Below, piece by piece: positions 51,660 through 64,000 of a stretch of 64,000 bases of DNA. The DNA is from Octopus vulgaris (taxonomy: Eukaryota). Location of the stretch: contig OX597816.1 in NCBI GenBank assembly GCA_951406725.2, positions 124,000,001 through 124,064,000 on the forward strand, in the 5' to 3' direction. Under the pieces are notes generated by a model that was not told where the DNA came from, ran no database searches, and worked only from the letters and a program-made list of their open reading frames with translations. A program made the translations under genes and the position numbers. Numbering within the stretch: the first letter of the stretch is position 1; the number at the start of each line of letters is the position of its first letter.

Positions 51660-51865
51660 TTTTTTGTCTCAGTCATTTGACTGTGGCCATGCTGGAGCAC
51701 CACCTTCAGTCGAACAAATTGACCCTAGGACTTATTCTTTGTAAGCCAAGTACTTATTCTATCAGTCTCTTTTGCCGAACTGCTAAGTTACAGGGATGTA
51801 AACACACGAACATTGGTTGTCAAGGGATGGTGGGGGGACAAGTACAGACACACAAACAGATACAT

Positions 51866-51906
<41 letters not shown>

Positions 51907-52070
51907 CGACAGGCTTCTTTCAGTTGTTTCTGTCTACCAAATCCACTCACATGGCTTTGGTTGGCCCGAGGCTATGGTAGAAGACACTTGCCCAAGGTGC
52001 CATGCAGTAGGACTGAACCCAGAACCATGTGGTTGGTAAGTAAGTTACTTACCATACAGCCACTCCTGTA
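51660..52070 (-). mobile_element. Family A SINE, full length
   Basis: Reverse complement of family A. Confidence 0.92.
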
Positions 52071-52179
52071 TGTATATAAGAAGTTACTTACATTATTGCT
52101 CAAATGTTTAGAGTGTGCTTCGTTTTTGGATATAGATCTGCTGACAGTACACAGATAGATAGATAGATAAATAGAGAGA

Positions 52180-52475
52180 GAGATATAGATGTATACATAA
52201 GAATATAGTGTGTATATATACAGCCAATATATGCCTGTACTTACGCACATAAATAAATGTTCATGTGCATATTTTCATGCATAAGCACATGCACACATAC
52301 ACATATATGTGTGTGTGTATGTATATAGATAGATATAGTTGTATACATAAGAATATAGTGTGTGTATGTATATATATATATATATATATATCCAGTTTAT
52401 GTGTGTACTCACACACATAATTAAATGCACATGTTCATATTTTATTGCATAAGCACACATGCACATACACACACA
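52180..52475 (+). repeat. Local tandem duplication (~140 bp)
   Basis: gatatag.tgtatacataagaatatagtgtgt...gcataagcaca..gcacatacaca occurs twice. Confidence 0.8.
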
Positions 52476-53584
52476 CAACACCACGCACATCACACACATG
52501 CACACACATGCATACACACCCATTCACTCACACATAGACAATGAATAGCTTTATCTACTAAAAAAAAACACAATCACACATTACTTTTACTATGTAGTTC
52601 TTCTTGCTAAACTATCTCTATTTTCAATTATTGTTAATATTGATTCTTAATAAGATTGTATATATTAAGAAAGCTTGTAGACTTCAGAATATTAATCTCT
52701 GAAAGTTGATCCATCAACAGAACACTAGAACGATCAGAGTCAATATTAAATGAGGTGTCTGTAAATTCTAAATTGTTATTTCTTCTGATAACTGATACTA
52801 ACGGTTAACTAAGTGATGCTATCTGATGCTATATAACATTAACTATTGTTTTATGATCACGTTAATTCCTCTTCATTTGTGTGACCTCCACACAAATACC
52901 AGTATTTGGTTACTAAATTATATATTCATTATTTATTAACACTTTATATTTATCTGACCAATATCAAAATATGCAACTTTTTCCAGTATGTGCAATGCTT
53001 TTGTTTGTTTGTTTTAAAGGCTATTTTTTTGCCTGTTATTGTCTACAAGATTCATATGTTTTTTGTGGGGTTTTTTTTTTGTTTTTTTACTATACCAGCT
53101 GAGCTAGAGGAAGAGGTAATTATTGACTGGCATATAATAACCTTAAACTATGTAATGGAACTACAACAGTAGAAATATATTGTTTATTGTTCTTCATATA
53201 AAGAGAGACTATGATTCGGAAACTGAGAGGTCCTTGGGAGGTCAACAATGTTTGTTTATTTTCTTCTGTTCTTCAGTGTTTTCTGAGAAGTGATGAATGT
53301 ATTTTGGAGAAACATTCCATATGGCTGTCAAGATACAGACCAGAAACAAAGAAGAGAAATGTGTGGGCAGGAAGATACAGGGATGGACATGAAAAACATA
53401 TATAATAAAGATGGATGTTTTTCTGAAAATGTTTGTATATGTTCATGTGTATGATTATGTATGTTGTTGCCGTGTGTGTATGTGTAGGCTGGTGTATGTA
53501 GTTTTCTATATGCATATATGTGTATGATAGTGCATATGTGTGTGTATGACTATATTTTGTTGTTGATGCTATTATTGTGGTTTG

Positions 53585-53709
53585 GGCCCAGGTCAGCCAA
53601 TGCTTTGTGAGTGATATTTGGTAGAGAGAAATAGTATGGATGCCTGTCATGTCTATCTGTCAGTCTGTGTCTGTCCATACACACACACACATGTTTGCAT
53701 ATATCTAAC

Positions 53710-53752
<43 letters not shown>

Positions 53753-53975
53753 GTGTGCGTGCGTGTATGTGTGTGTGTGTATTTGTTTGTGTATGTCCGT
53801 TTCTTTGTGTTTACATTTGTTTATGTTTTACAACTTAGCAGTTTGACAAACAAGGCTGACAAAATAAGTATAAGTCTTAAAAGTAAGGACTGGGGTTGAT
53901 ATATCTGACAAAATTCCTATTGGCATTGTATTAGCATGGCTGTAGTCCACTGACTGAAACTAGTAAAATAATAAA
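53585..53975 (+). mobile_element. Family A SINE, 5'-truncated and diverged
   Basis: gctttgtgagtgatatttggtagag..aacttagcagtttgacaaa..gcatggctgtagtccactgactgaaac. Confidence 0.7.
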
Positions 53976-54094
53976 GAAATTAAATTAACCAATCTCAATA
54001 TGGACACCATTTTGGTAATAGAAACATAATGTAGAGCAATTGTGAGTGAAGATCATTGGAGTGATTGTGATTTGTTATAGTTATATTAGTTTCA

Positions 54095-54300
54095 AGCTTT
54101 AGCACAAAGCCAGCTAGATCAGGGGTGGGGATAAGTCAATTACATCGACCTCAGTTTTCAACTGGTACTTATTTTTATCAACCCCAGAAGGATGAAAGAC
54201 AAAGTCAGACTCAGAAGAATTTGAACTCAGAATGTAAAGATGAGTGGATTGCTGCTAAGCATTTTGCCTAGTGTACTAACAAGTCAGCCAGTATCCCACC
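54095..54300 (-). mobile_element. Meta-domain-like SINE
   Basis: caactggtacttatttttatcaaccccagaaggatgaaagacaaagtc..aatttgaactcagaa. Confidence 0.85.
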
Positions 54301-55010
54301 TTATTTGTTTTAGTGTTATATATTTAATGTAGGGAATATTAAAAATGCTAACTAGAAATAAATTTGTGATAAATAAAAGAAAAATATTGGTCCGTTGTTA
54401 ATAATGTTTTCATTTTGCCAGTAGTTATGGGAGACAAATCAACATATGTTTTAATTTTATTCTGACATCATTAGCAAAGCATAGGTTCCATTGTATTTCT
54501 ATGCAGTGATAAAATCCAATACAAATAAAACATAGAGATAAGTGCTGGCATGGTTGAATGTTTAAGAAGTTTGCTCTGCAACCATACCCAAGATAATTCC
54601 ACTCCACATTTCAACAATGTTTGGCCACTGAATGAGTGCATGCAGAACAGTTTTGTCACTTTGCACACATGTTTCAGACAGGCCCTAGCTGGTAGTACTT
54701 TTGTGCCTGTAAAATAATGATAATTGTTTCTGGTTCAGGCATAAGACAATAATTTTTGCTTGGAGAGATAAATCAATCATAGCAATTCCAGTACTTTATT
54801 ATTACTTTATTCTATCAACTCCAAAAGGATGAATGGCAAGGCTGACCCAAGCAGGATTTGGACTCAAAAGGTAAAGAGCTGATAGAAAGGCCTCAAATCC
54901 TTTCTTGCAATGCTCTTATGATTCTGAAAGTTCTTATAATTTCTACTAGAGGTAAAAGAACAGAGGTAAAAGCAATCTCAGTACTCTAGTGATACTCATT
55001 GTTTCAAACT

Positions 55011-55231
55011 TATGAGGAGGTGCTAGAAAATTCCTGACTTTGGGTAAAAGAAAATACAGGAGGATCAGCTAATTATTATTTTATTCAACATATTCCCTTC
55101 TCAGATTGACACACTTATTGCAGTGGTTGTTCAATTTTTCTAATCCCTCTAAAAGAAGTCGGAAGGTTTGGCTTCCAACCAGGCCTTTCATGATACCCTT
55201 AAAGCCAAGAATTTTTCAGCATCCACTCATA
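55011..55231. mobile_element. Mariner-type MITE
   Basis: TIRs tatgaggaggtgctagaaaattcctgacttt / aaagccaagaatttttcagcatccactcata with TA ends. Confidence 0.8.
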
Positions 55232-56299
55232 GATGAATGAAAGTCAAAATTAACCCTCTTAGACCTGGGCCTTTGCATCTAACTTTATCCTCCACCTCGA
55301 CTCCTGAGCAAAGAATAAATAGTTGCATATACAACTCAAGAGTAATGATTGCAGATAGACTAACAGACAGATTTAGCTGAATCTTTTTTTTCAATCAATG
55401 TGTGTTGTTCATTACTGTGTTACCTGGAGTCCAGCAGAGATAACATTTAACCCATTCTCGCTATAGTAGAAATATAGCATGACAGAATTTGAGCCCTGCA
55501 TGTAGAAAAGGGCCATAACTAGATACTGCAATAGTTATTATCTGGCCTTCTACCATTTCTGGCATCAATGAATTGTAACTGTGCCACAAAATTACAGATT
55601 TGTAGAGAAAGAGTAAATTAAATTGTTTTCTAGTATGTTTCTGGAGTATGGTCAGGTCAGATTGTATCTGGTATTGGTACCTGTAACCCACTACAACCTC
55701 ATGGTTGGATGGTTTATGGTTAGAAACCATGCCATAACATAACCAGGTTACCATAAGAGGAGGATGTGTGGGGATCCAGCAGAATGAAATTAGAACTTGC
55801 AGGGAAATTAGTAACTATATTTGGAGAGGAAACAAGCGCCACCAAGTTATATAGTTATGGAATCACATTACTATGCATTTGTGGACTTCTCAGGCAATAA
55901 ATTTATAGATTTTAGATGGATAGATTTTACCGGTACCTTGTTTTTTTACATCCTGCTTGGATTGATGAAAGATGAAGCAAAGACACAGAACATAAAATGA
56001 ATATATTTAAATACAGCAATGTATCATGTTCAGTAGTTTATCATTTCTACAATTCAGTTATAATTATAATATTTTCTTCATCACTGTTACACACACACAC
56101 ATGCAAACACACACATACACATATTTTCACACAAACATAAAAATGTAGTAATGTATCATAGTGATATATCATATAAATTCTTCTTCTTTCATAATTTATA
56201 TAAATTATAGAAGACAAATATATGAATTACCTTAAAAGTATGTTGCAAGACAGATACACAAAGCCATAAAAGATGAATTGCCCTTTAACCCGAGTAAAT

Positions 56300-57200
56300 G
56301 CTATCTTCTCAGTGTAGTTTGCAAAGTGCTTGCACAGTTAGGCCAGGTATATTTAAAAGTGATGTAACCCTTTAATGCAAATATCCATAGAAAGATCATA
56401 TTTGTCTGGTTCCACTGTTTCTAATATTTTAATACCATTCATTTACTTCAAGGGCAATATCCTTAATAAGGTTATTACTGGGGTCAGGTTATCATTGACA
56501 CTTCACCTCTGATGAAAACTAAAACAAAACGAAGCAAATTAACCCATGCTCTTTAATTTTAGAATATCTTTCTTTGCTCTGCAATTAATCCAAGTTGCAT
56601 GTTGAGTGATAATCAAGTAAAGGCTATTATAAATTCGCTGTGGTCTTGTTTGTAATCTCTTTTCCCTATATTTAGTGAACTGCTTATTAGCTCTTTCTCA
56701 ATATACCCGTCATTCTTATAAGTTTTACCTTCTAATAATAATTTAACATTCCTGCAAGTAAAATTTTAGTTAGAAAGACTTAAATTGTCTACAAAGGTAC
56801 AAAAAAGATTTCTGATATATCATTAATAATTTACTCAAAGATTTACTTTGGCTACAATGTATTCAAGCATGTTCCAGAATATTGAAACTATCATTGCCAG
56901 ATACAAACTTTTATGTCTGCTTCAGCTCTGCATTTTCTAATTTGATTTGAAAATGTACTATTGTCCAGTAGATAATACTACCTATTTGATCATGCCTGTT
57001 AATAAATTTCATTTTGAAAGGGCATATATTGTTCTGTGATGTTGTATGCATGGCTTGAAATTGCCATTAGCTTCTTTTCTTTTATTATTTAATTTTGCAG
57101 TTCATAATGACTGAGCTTTGTTTAGTTGAGACAATTGACACCTATCCATTGCAATATCATCTTTAATTTCATCTTCTGAACAGCCAGAGACAAAAGAGAA
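56300..57200 (-). mobile_element. Possible ancient pogo/Tigger-like transposase relic
   Basis: Weak HTH-like SEDEIKDDIAM and PFQN..YYLL..QIKLENAE segments; heavily decayed. Confidence 0.25.
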
Positions 57201-59149
57201 TATTGCTCCTTGATGCTAACTTCATGCCTTGAAGTTGCAATTACCTTCTTGCTTTGTTATTTAATTTCGCAATTCCTAATGATTAAGCATTGTCTAGTTA
57301 AAGTGACTGACACCTCTCACAATATCTTCATCGATATTCTAGTACAAAATGTTTTGTCACCCTAAAAGATTAACTGCAGTTAAAAATAGTTTTGGAGAAA
57401 ATTAACAGAATTTATTGCCATGAATATAACATGAGAATCCAAAAGCCTAATTTAAAAATATAATGGTTAAGGATTGATCTTATGTTACCAAAATCAAGTC
57501 TTTAATTTTAGCATTTGGCCTGAAATTTTGGGGTCTCACATTAGCTTACTTCTACTTTTATAGTCTTGTCAAAGTAGAGCTTTCTCTCTTTGATTGTTCT
57601 TTAGTATGAATAGTTGTTCTTTCATTCTCTCCTGTTGCCTTTTATTCATATCTATTATTATATCTCTGTTTCTTTATTCACAATATATCTTATTGTTTCT
57701 TTATATAGAGAGAGATAAAAACTTTCAATGTGCCTCTGAATGGCGACGACATCAAACAATATCACCTCATTGATCCCGGCCATTGTGTATCTTTGCTCAG
57801 AGGTCAGCAATATTTTAACCTGACACACCATTCACATTATCTTCAGTGATGGACATCTGGATGGTGTGGCTATGCAGAACAATTTTCCTGTCCCTTCACT
57901 GAAATGAATTCTTTTAGAGACAACAGTTTTATTTAATGACTGACTTTTTTTTTAAATATAATTTTTAAAATATTTGATGGCAATGTTATAGCAATGGATG
58001 TCTGTCTGAGTAGGTCATAAAGCTGTAATATTATTCTCTTCTATTAATCTACATTATAATTACTGATTATTTCAGTCTTTTTCATTAAGTATTTGTCATT
58101 TAATCTTAATCTACTTAACCTCTATTTATTCTGCTGAATAGGTTTAAATATTTTGCTCTTCTGAAACTTAATTTTCTTTTCTCTGCAACCATAGTTCTTC
58201 AAATTTAAACTGAACTCTTCAAATTATGCATTACATTTTTATATAACTCTTATCTATATTGTTCACATTAATGACATTTATAGCATCTCACCTCAGACTG
58301 ATAAAATTTATATGCTATAGATATCTGTCACACTTCAAGTATTTGTGTGCTAATATATTTATCTCACTCCTCTGTTGTGCTTCTTGCCTTTCTCAAAAGT
58401 GCTGCCAAATGACCAATTCCAATTTATGGTTATATCCTCAAATTACCATTGTGTTATGTATATTTTATAAGCTATCACCTTTCTCTATACTTGTCTAGAA
58501 AACTAGAATTCATAATTATTCATTTATACATTTGAAACGGTAAAAACTTTGATTTAAAATATAAAAGTACAACCAAATATTTGGCTGACTGGTGAAACAC
58601 CTTAGTTATTATTGCAAATTACAAATGTGGAATTCTTATTGCATTATGAAATAAACTGAAATCTCTTTTAAATAACAGATTAGATTTATTCCTTAGAATG
58701 CAAACTTCAATAACAAGCTTTGCTTTTTGTCTTGAAAATGGTGAAGAGCAGAAGATACAATCAATGACTTCTGCTTTTGTTTTGAGTATTCAATGAGGAT
58801 TTTAATCCTGTAGCATTATTTTCTAAATTCAGCAACCAGTTTTACCATTATATTTTTATGTTATCATTTGTTAGATAAGCTTGCAACGTAACTTATATTT
58901 TATCACCTCAAGTTTTTGACATCAGTTATATGATCCCAGTATTCTAAGTTGTAATCTTAACATTTGGCAAATCTTCCTCATTGAGCATGTTCCACAATTT
59001 ATAAACTTTTGTCACACTTCATATATCAATAATTCATTTTTACATATAGATCTATATATACATCTGTAACTGCATAGATTAGCCAATAACTAGGATGTTA
59101 AACTGTTTATCTCAACTCCTTTACGATTAGTTTTTCTAATGAATTGACA

Positions 59150-60300
59150 TTACAAATCTACAATTAAACTCAATTCATATGGATCACATTAAGTTCATTT
59201 GGATCATTTATTTTCCAGATACTGCAGATCTCAACACATCACCCATGTTTTACCACCATGCAACATCATCCACTCTATGTGTGCTTCATAAAATTTTCTC
59301 CTTTTACATAATGTAAAAAAGCCTTATTTTTTAGCAGATAAAAATCTTTGAACATATACCGACTTGTTCTTAATGTAGTTACTTTACTTTTATTATATTC
59401 TGTATATCCTCATTAGCAGAATTTATCCACAGTTTTGAGTATTGATATTTATCTAATAATTTATTTCTTCCACAAGTAATCTGCATGTATACACTTAGTC
59501 TCAATAACAATGTAGGGACCAGAAAGGTTAGAAAAGATATCACAACTAATGGATAGAAGGTGTGGTAGTTGAAAGAGTCATTGGTAAGGTACAACCTCCA
59601 AATGGTACTAGATGATGCATATTTTGATAAAGTGAATGGACAATGTTACAGTATGTCCAGAGGGAAGCAGTGGTGTGAAATAATGTGATAAATTAAGTGA
59701 TAATGCACAAGAAAGCTTATAGGATGTAAGAATAAGGGAATGGCATGGAACAATACATGGAAGTTAACATCAGGTTTACACAACTAGAAAGAGCTGAGAA
59801 TAGGAGTTCATCATCATCATCATCCGTTAACGTCCACTTTCCATGCTAGCATGGGTTGGACGATTTGACTGATGACTGGTGAACCAGATGGCTGCACCAG
59901 GCTCCAATCTGATCTGGCAGAGTTTCTATAGCTGCATGCTCTTCCTAACGTCAACCACTCTGAGAGTATAGTGGGTGCTTTTACGTGCCACCTGCATGAG
60001 GGCCAGTCTGGCGGTACTGGCTACGGTTACACTCGAAATGGTGTTTTTTTCACATGCCACCTGCACAGGAGTTGCGCTAATAGATGTTATGCCCTACTAA
60101 AGACATGAAATATTTCAAATTGCAAGGCAGTGTCCTCATATCAATTAAGATGTCTTTTGGAAGAAGTGTGTTTGAAACAGAGCAAATGCATTTGTTATTA
60201 AATATAGTAAAAATACAGAAGGATTAAGTCTCACTATATGTGATAATATTCTTCATTGAAAGATGGATAAAAGTGAAAAGAGTAGAAAGAACATCCCATC
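59150..60300. mobile_element. RTE LINE fragments (minus 59150-59360; plus 59500-60300) with a SINE at 59808-60070
   Basis: RKFYEAHIEWMMLHGGKTWV (cf. GRLYDACVRTAMLHGSETWA); SINE catcatccgttaacgtccactttccatgctagcatggg. Confidence 0.6.
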
Positions 60301-60974
60301 CAATGTAAACAGCAGACAGCACAACTGAAGAGATTAGTATTAGTGTAATTAGCATGGTATTAACTTCATAAGAGTAGAGAAAAGCAAACAAGGTTATTCT
60401 GACATTTTCTCTTTCATTTTTACTATTTTATTAAGCTGTTTTCTGGATGGTATTTTTCTTATGTTTTTCTCTTGTCTTTCTTATGGTTTCTATAGGAGTA
60501 ATGGTTGTTAAGAGCTAGATGCTTTCCAAGCGTGATGGAGTTAAATATTATTTACTACTGATAATACTCAAAACTAGACACTGATCTCAGTTTGAGTATT
60601 ATCTTTGTCAAACACACAAAGAGTATACCAATTCAAAATCCTCATCATTAGAAGAGATATTTTTAATTGTTAAACTCATCTTTTGTATTCCAATTTTCTA
60701 TAGTATTGATCAATTGTATTTTGTATACGATCAATAGAACCCTGCATTTCAAGTTAAGGTTTTGAATCCAACACCAATGAAACAATGCTCCTTTTTTGTG
60801 ATTTTTCTTTGAGCTTTATTTAAGTTCTTCATCAGGGAATTCAATCTGGTTGCTAACAAAGTGACAAGACATTTTGAGATAAGAGAGATCCTGGTGTTTG
60901 TGAATATGTGGTCGAGAAGGTATGTTAGTTGAGCTATTGATGCACACACCCAAGTGTGTGTATTTATTCATCTA

Positions 60975-61185
60975 AAGAATTTCAGGTGGAGAATCTTTGG
61001 AATGTCTTACAAATCTTCACTCTTCTGCTAATAGATTGGGTTTGGAGAATCTGTATTAGTTTCTTTTGCGCTTTCTTTGAAAATCTAAATATTTCTAGAT
61101 TTTTGTGCAAATTTGTAAGTACATAGCCTAATGCACCTATGATGATAGGTACAAATGAGAATTCATAGTCAGAGTACAAGAGTTG
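60975..61185 (-). mobile_element. R4/Dong-clade non-LTR retrotransposon C-terminal (REL endonuclease) fragment
   Basis: [39 protein letters not shown]; VPIIIGALG is typical of the REL domain end. Confidence 0.75.
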
Positions 61186-61499
61186 TTTGTATGTATGTGT
61201 GTATGTATGTATGTATGTATGTATGTATGTATGTATGTATGTATGTATGTATGTATGTATGAATGTATATATGTATGTATGTTCACTTTCTTAGAGGAAG
61301 GAGCTGGTTTCTAAGATACAAAGCTCCATCATTGGAATGTAGATAACAAAAACATGCAGGACAATTTTCATTTGTTACGGAAATAGTTTGTACTTTTAAA
61401 AACAGCACATCCGTAGGAAATACTGTATTTGAATGAATACCACAGTAAATTTGCTTTCCCACAATGTATTGATGTTAAGTATGATACACAATGGCTATT

Positions 61500-61836
61500 T
61501 TAATCTGCTGAATAGATCAAAGAAGTAGATTGATGCTGTGCTGAGAGAGCAGCAGACAGGTTTTTGGAGTGAAGGTTCTGTATGGAACAGGTCTTTGTGT
61601 TGTGGAAATTAACAAGCAAGGCAGAGAACACAGAGTGAAGCTGCTTATTAATTTCATTGACTTTAAGAAAGTGTTTGACAGTGTTTCCTGAGACACACTA
61701 TGGAATATCTTGAGAATCTATGGGGCCTGAGCAGATGTATCACCATCTTTAAGTCTCTCTACAGAAACTTATAGTGTTGCATGAAGACAAGCTGTGGAAT
61801 CACCGATATGTTCAAAATTGCTACCGGAGTGCGATA
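61500..61836 (+). mobile_element. LINE RT fragment (RTE-like)
   Basis: LREQQTGF..LLINFIDFKKVFDSVS*DTLWNILRIYG..IFKSLY..TDMFKIATGVR. Confidence 0.85.
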
Positions 61837-61839
61837 GTG

Positions 61840-63795
61840 TATTCTCTGATGTATTTGTTGCTTTGTATTCACATCTGTATTCTTCTATTGTTCTCTCTAT
61901 TAATCTGTTAGAATTTCAGTGTTTTATTCTATGTATAGTGGGTTATTTGTGCCTTATTTGTGGACAAGAGTACAAAGGTTCCTCTGAGGAGTGATTTTTA
62001 CCACTGAGATCTTATTGTTGTATAGGCATTCACTATCTTCATGTTGGTGTATGCATTTGTTTGATTCTTTGGTAGATACTGATGTGGTGTATCTATGATG
62101 TGTGTGTTGTATATAAATATGGGGTTGCATTATTCTGGATGTTAAACTTTAGTATTGAGTTGCTTCTAAGTTTCCCTTTTGTTTCTCAACTTCCTTTAAT
62201 GTATCCATTACAAATCGTATATCATCTACATTAATTGGTGTATATTACGTATTTATGAATTGCTGTTATTCTGTTCTCTCATGGGAATAAGTAGAATGCT
62301 GCAAACATTGGATGTAAGGAGGAAATCTATGGTCACTTCATCCACCTGTGTGAGTAAATTACCATGTGGGCAGTGAAAAGGTACTTCAGTTGTACATATC
62401 TTAAGTAGCTTTTATAATAAATTTGCTGGTATCACAGGTGGCTTTAATTTCAGGTGTTTATATATATTCCTTATTCTGATTTGAATCATTCCTACCACTG
62501 AAACATTAGAGTATAAATTTTCTACATCTAACACAAAGATGCTATACCAAAAGTTTTTATTTTTTCTAAAATCTGTAAAAGATTTTGCAGATGACTTAAT
62601 ACTATATTTCTTTGGTGTATTTTGTTTAATAATACTGTCTGTCTCTTTGGTTTAGACGTATTCATTTGGGATATTATGGATCTGTCGGGGATTGTTATTT
62701 GTGTACTTTTACTGTGCTGGGAAAAATTCTCCTCTGCATGAAAAGTAAGGGGATCATATTTGTGCATTTATTGTTGAAATTTATTTGTTTGATTTTATTT
62801 CTATCTGTTTGGTGCTATCTTTCTTGATCTTCATAAATTTGTTTCTGTCTACTTAAATTATTAATTTTTTTATTGCTCTTGACTCTAATCATGATTACAA
62901 ACATATTACTTGTCTTAACTCTTTCAGATTTTTACATTGTTGCCTTTTGTTCAGTGCTGTTTAAAAGTTTCTGACTTAGGTGCAGGAGTGGCTGTATGGT
63001 AAGTAGCTTGCTTACGAACCACATGGTTCTGGGTTCAGTCCAACTGCATGGCACTTTGGGCAAATGTCTTCTACTATATCCTTGAGTCAACCAAAGCTTT
63101 GTGAGTGGATTTGGTTGACAGAAACTGAAGGAAGCCCGTCGTATATATGTATATATATGTATGTATATGTGTGTATGTATGTGTGTGTATACATTTGTGT
63201 GTCTGTGTTTGTCTCCCAACATCGCTTGACAACTGATGCTGGTGTGTTTACGTCCCCGTAACTTAGCGGTTCAGCAAAGGAGACAGATTGAATAAGTATT
63301 AGGTTTACAAAGAACAAGTCCTGGGGTTGATTTGATTCGACAAAAGGCGGTGCTCCAGCATAGCTGCAGTCAAATAACTGAAACAAGTAAAAGAGTAAAG
63401 AGTAATATTTGTTAGTTTGTGGAACTTTGTTTTTATTACATTCACCATGAATTTGGTGTTCAAATTTTTTGCTATGTTTTTGCTCCTCAGATTTTTAAAA
63501 ACTTTTAGTATAGAAGCATGATATCATCATTTTTCTTGTTATAGTCATATTTAAGTTTTAGGTGAAAGTTTCTACTGAGGTTGAAGAGTGCAATTTATTC
63601 AATATTTGCGAGTATGCTTTGATAAGTTTGTGAACTTATCCTCTTGAGCAGGTAGAGAGATGTTTCTTTTGTTTAGTTTGCATAGATTTTTGATGTTGTA
63701 GCTTCTAATATGTCTCGAGAGAATATCCTGTATTTTAATACAGGTCCCAAACTGAGATAAAGTACTTGATAAAATACTGAATGAACATGCACTAG
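61840..63795 (-). mobile_element. Penelope-like element (Naiad-type) ORF relic, N-terminus through RT thumb, interrupted by a SINE
   Basis: Motifs in order on the minus strand: ISLPAQEDKFTNLS, ALFNLSRNFHL, KTSNMFVIM, DRNKFMKIKKDST, RSIISQM, LDVENLYSNV, PPVIPANLL*KLLKICTTEVPFHCPHGNLLTQVD, HPMFAAFYL, VDDI, NSILKF, DSECLYNNKISVV. Confidence 0.85.
62978..63404 (+). mobile_element. Family A SINE, full length and fairly young
   Basis: aggtgcaggagtggctgtatggtaagtagcttgc...actgaaacaagtaaaagagtaaagagta. Confidence 0.93.
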
Positions 63796-63796
63796 T

Positions 63797-64000
63797 ATAA
63801 TGATAATAATAATGATAATGATGATGATAATAATGCCCTGATCCAGTACCAGGCACCGGCTCTCATGGCTTTTGATCTTAACTGATTGGAAGTGTTAACA
63901 TGGACATTGTTTTGTCTTGCTATAAAAGATGGGATATAGCAAATATTATGCTCGATACCACAGATTTGCTTGTCAGTTGTTTGACCGTAACTAGTTGAGC
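63797..64000. mobile_element. Terminus of an interspersed repeat abutting a (TAA/TGA)n tract; runs off the window
   Basis: taatgataataat tract followed by gccctgatccagtaccaggc..; resembles a recalled octopus retroelement end, class unverified. Confidence 0.4.

Overview
This is AT-rich eukaryotic, repeat-dominated DNA. The SINE repertoire and dense (TA)n/(TATG)n/(CTAT)n/(TAA)n/(CAT)n microsatellites suggest an octopus (coleoid cephalopod) intron or intergenic region; this is an inference from recalled repeat sequences. No intact protein-coding gene, tRNA, rRNA or CRISPR array is supported, and nearly all supplied ORFs are microsatellite or SINE artefacts. The window holds about 30 SINE copies from roughly five families. 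Decayed retroelements include RTE LINE fragments, a CR1/Jockey-like LINE, an R4/Dong C-terminus and a Penelope-like (Naiad-type) RT relic. DNA transposon relics include three distinct mariners plus a mariner MITE, hAT and piggyBac-type MITEs, a Helitron helicase relic and a non-autonomous Helitron. The most notable signal is a set of small non-coding fold-back elements inserted in or beside (TA)n tracts, often the tract inside a SINE. Their inverted arms each carry a minimal type I hammerhead-ribozyme motif (8.7-8.9, 14.2-14.6 and 32.0-32.6 kb). Related TSD-flanked hairpin insertions occur at 42.1 and 45.8 kb. Two possible isolated host exons are flagged at low confidence. Boundaries were read by eye and are approximate unless TIRs or TSDs are quoted.
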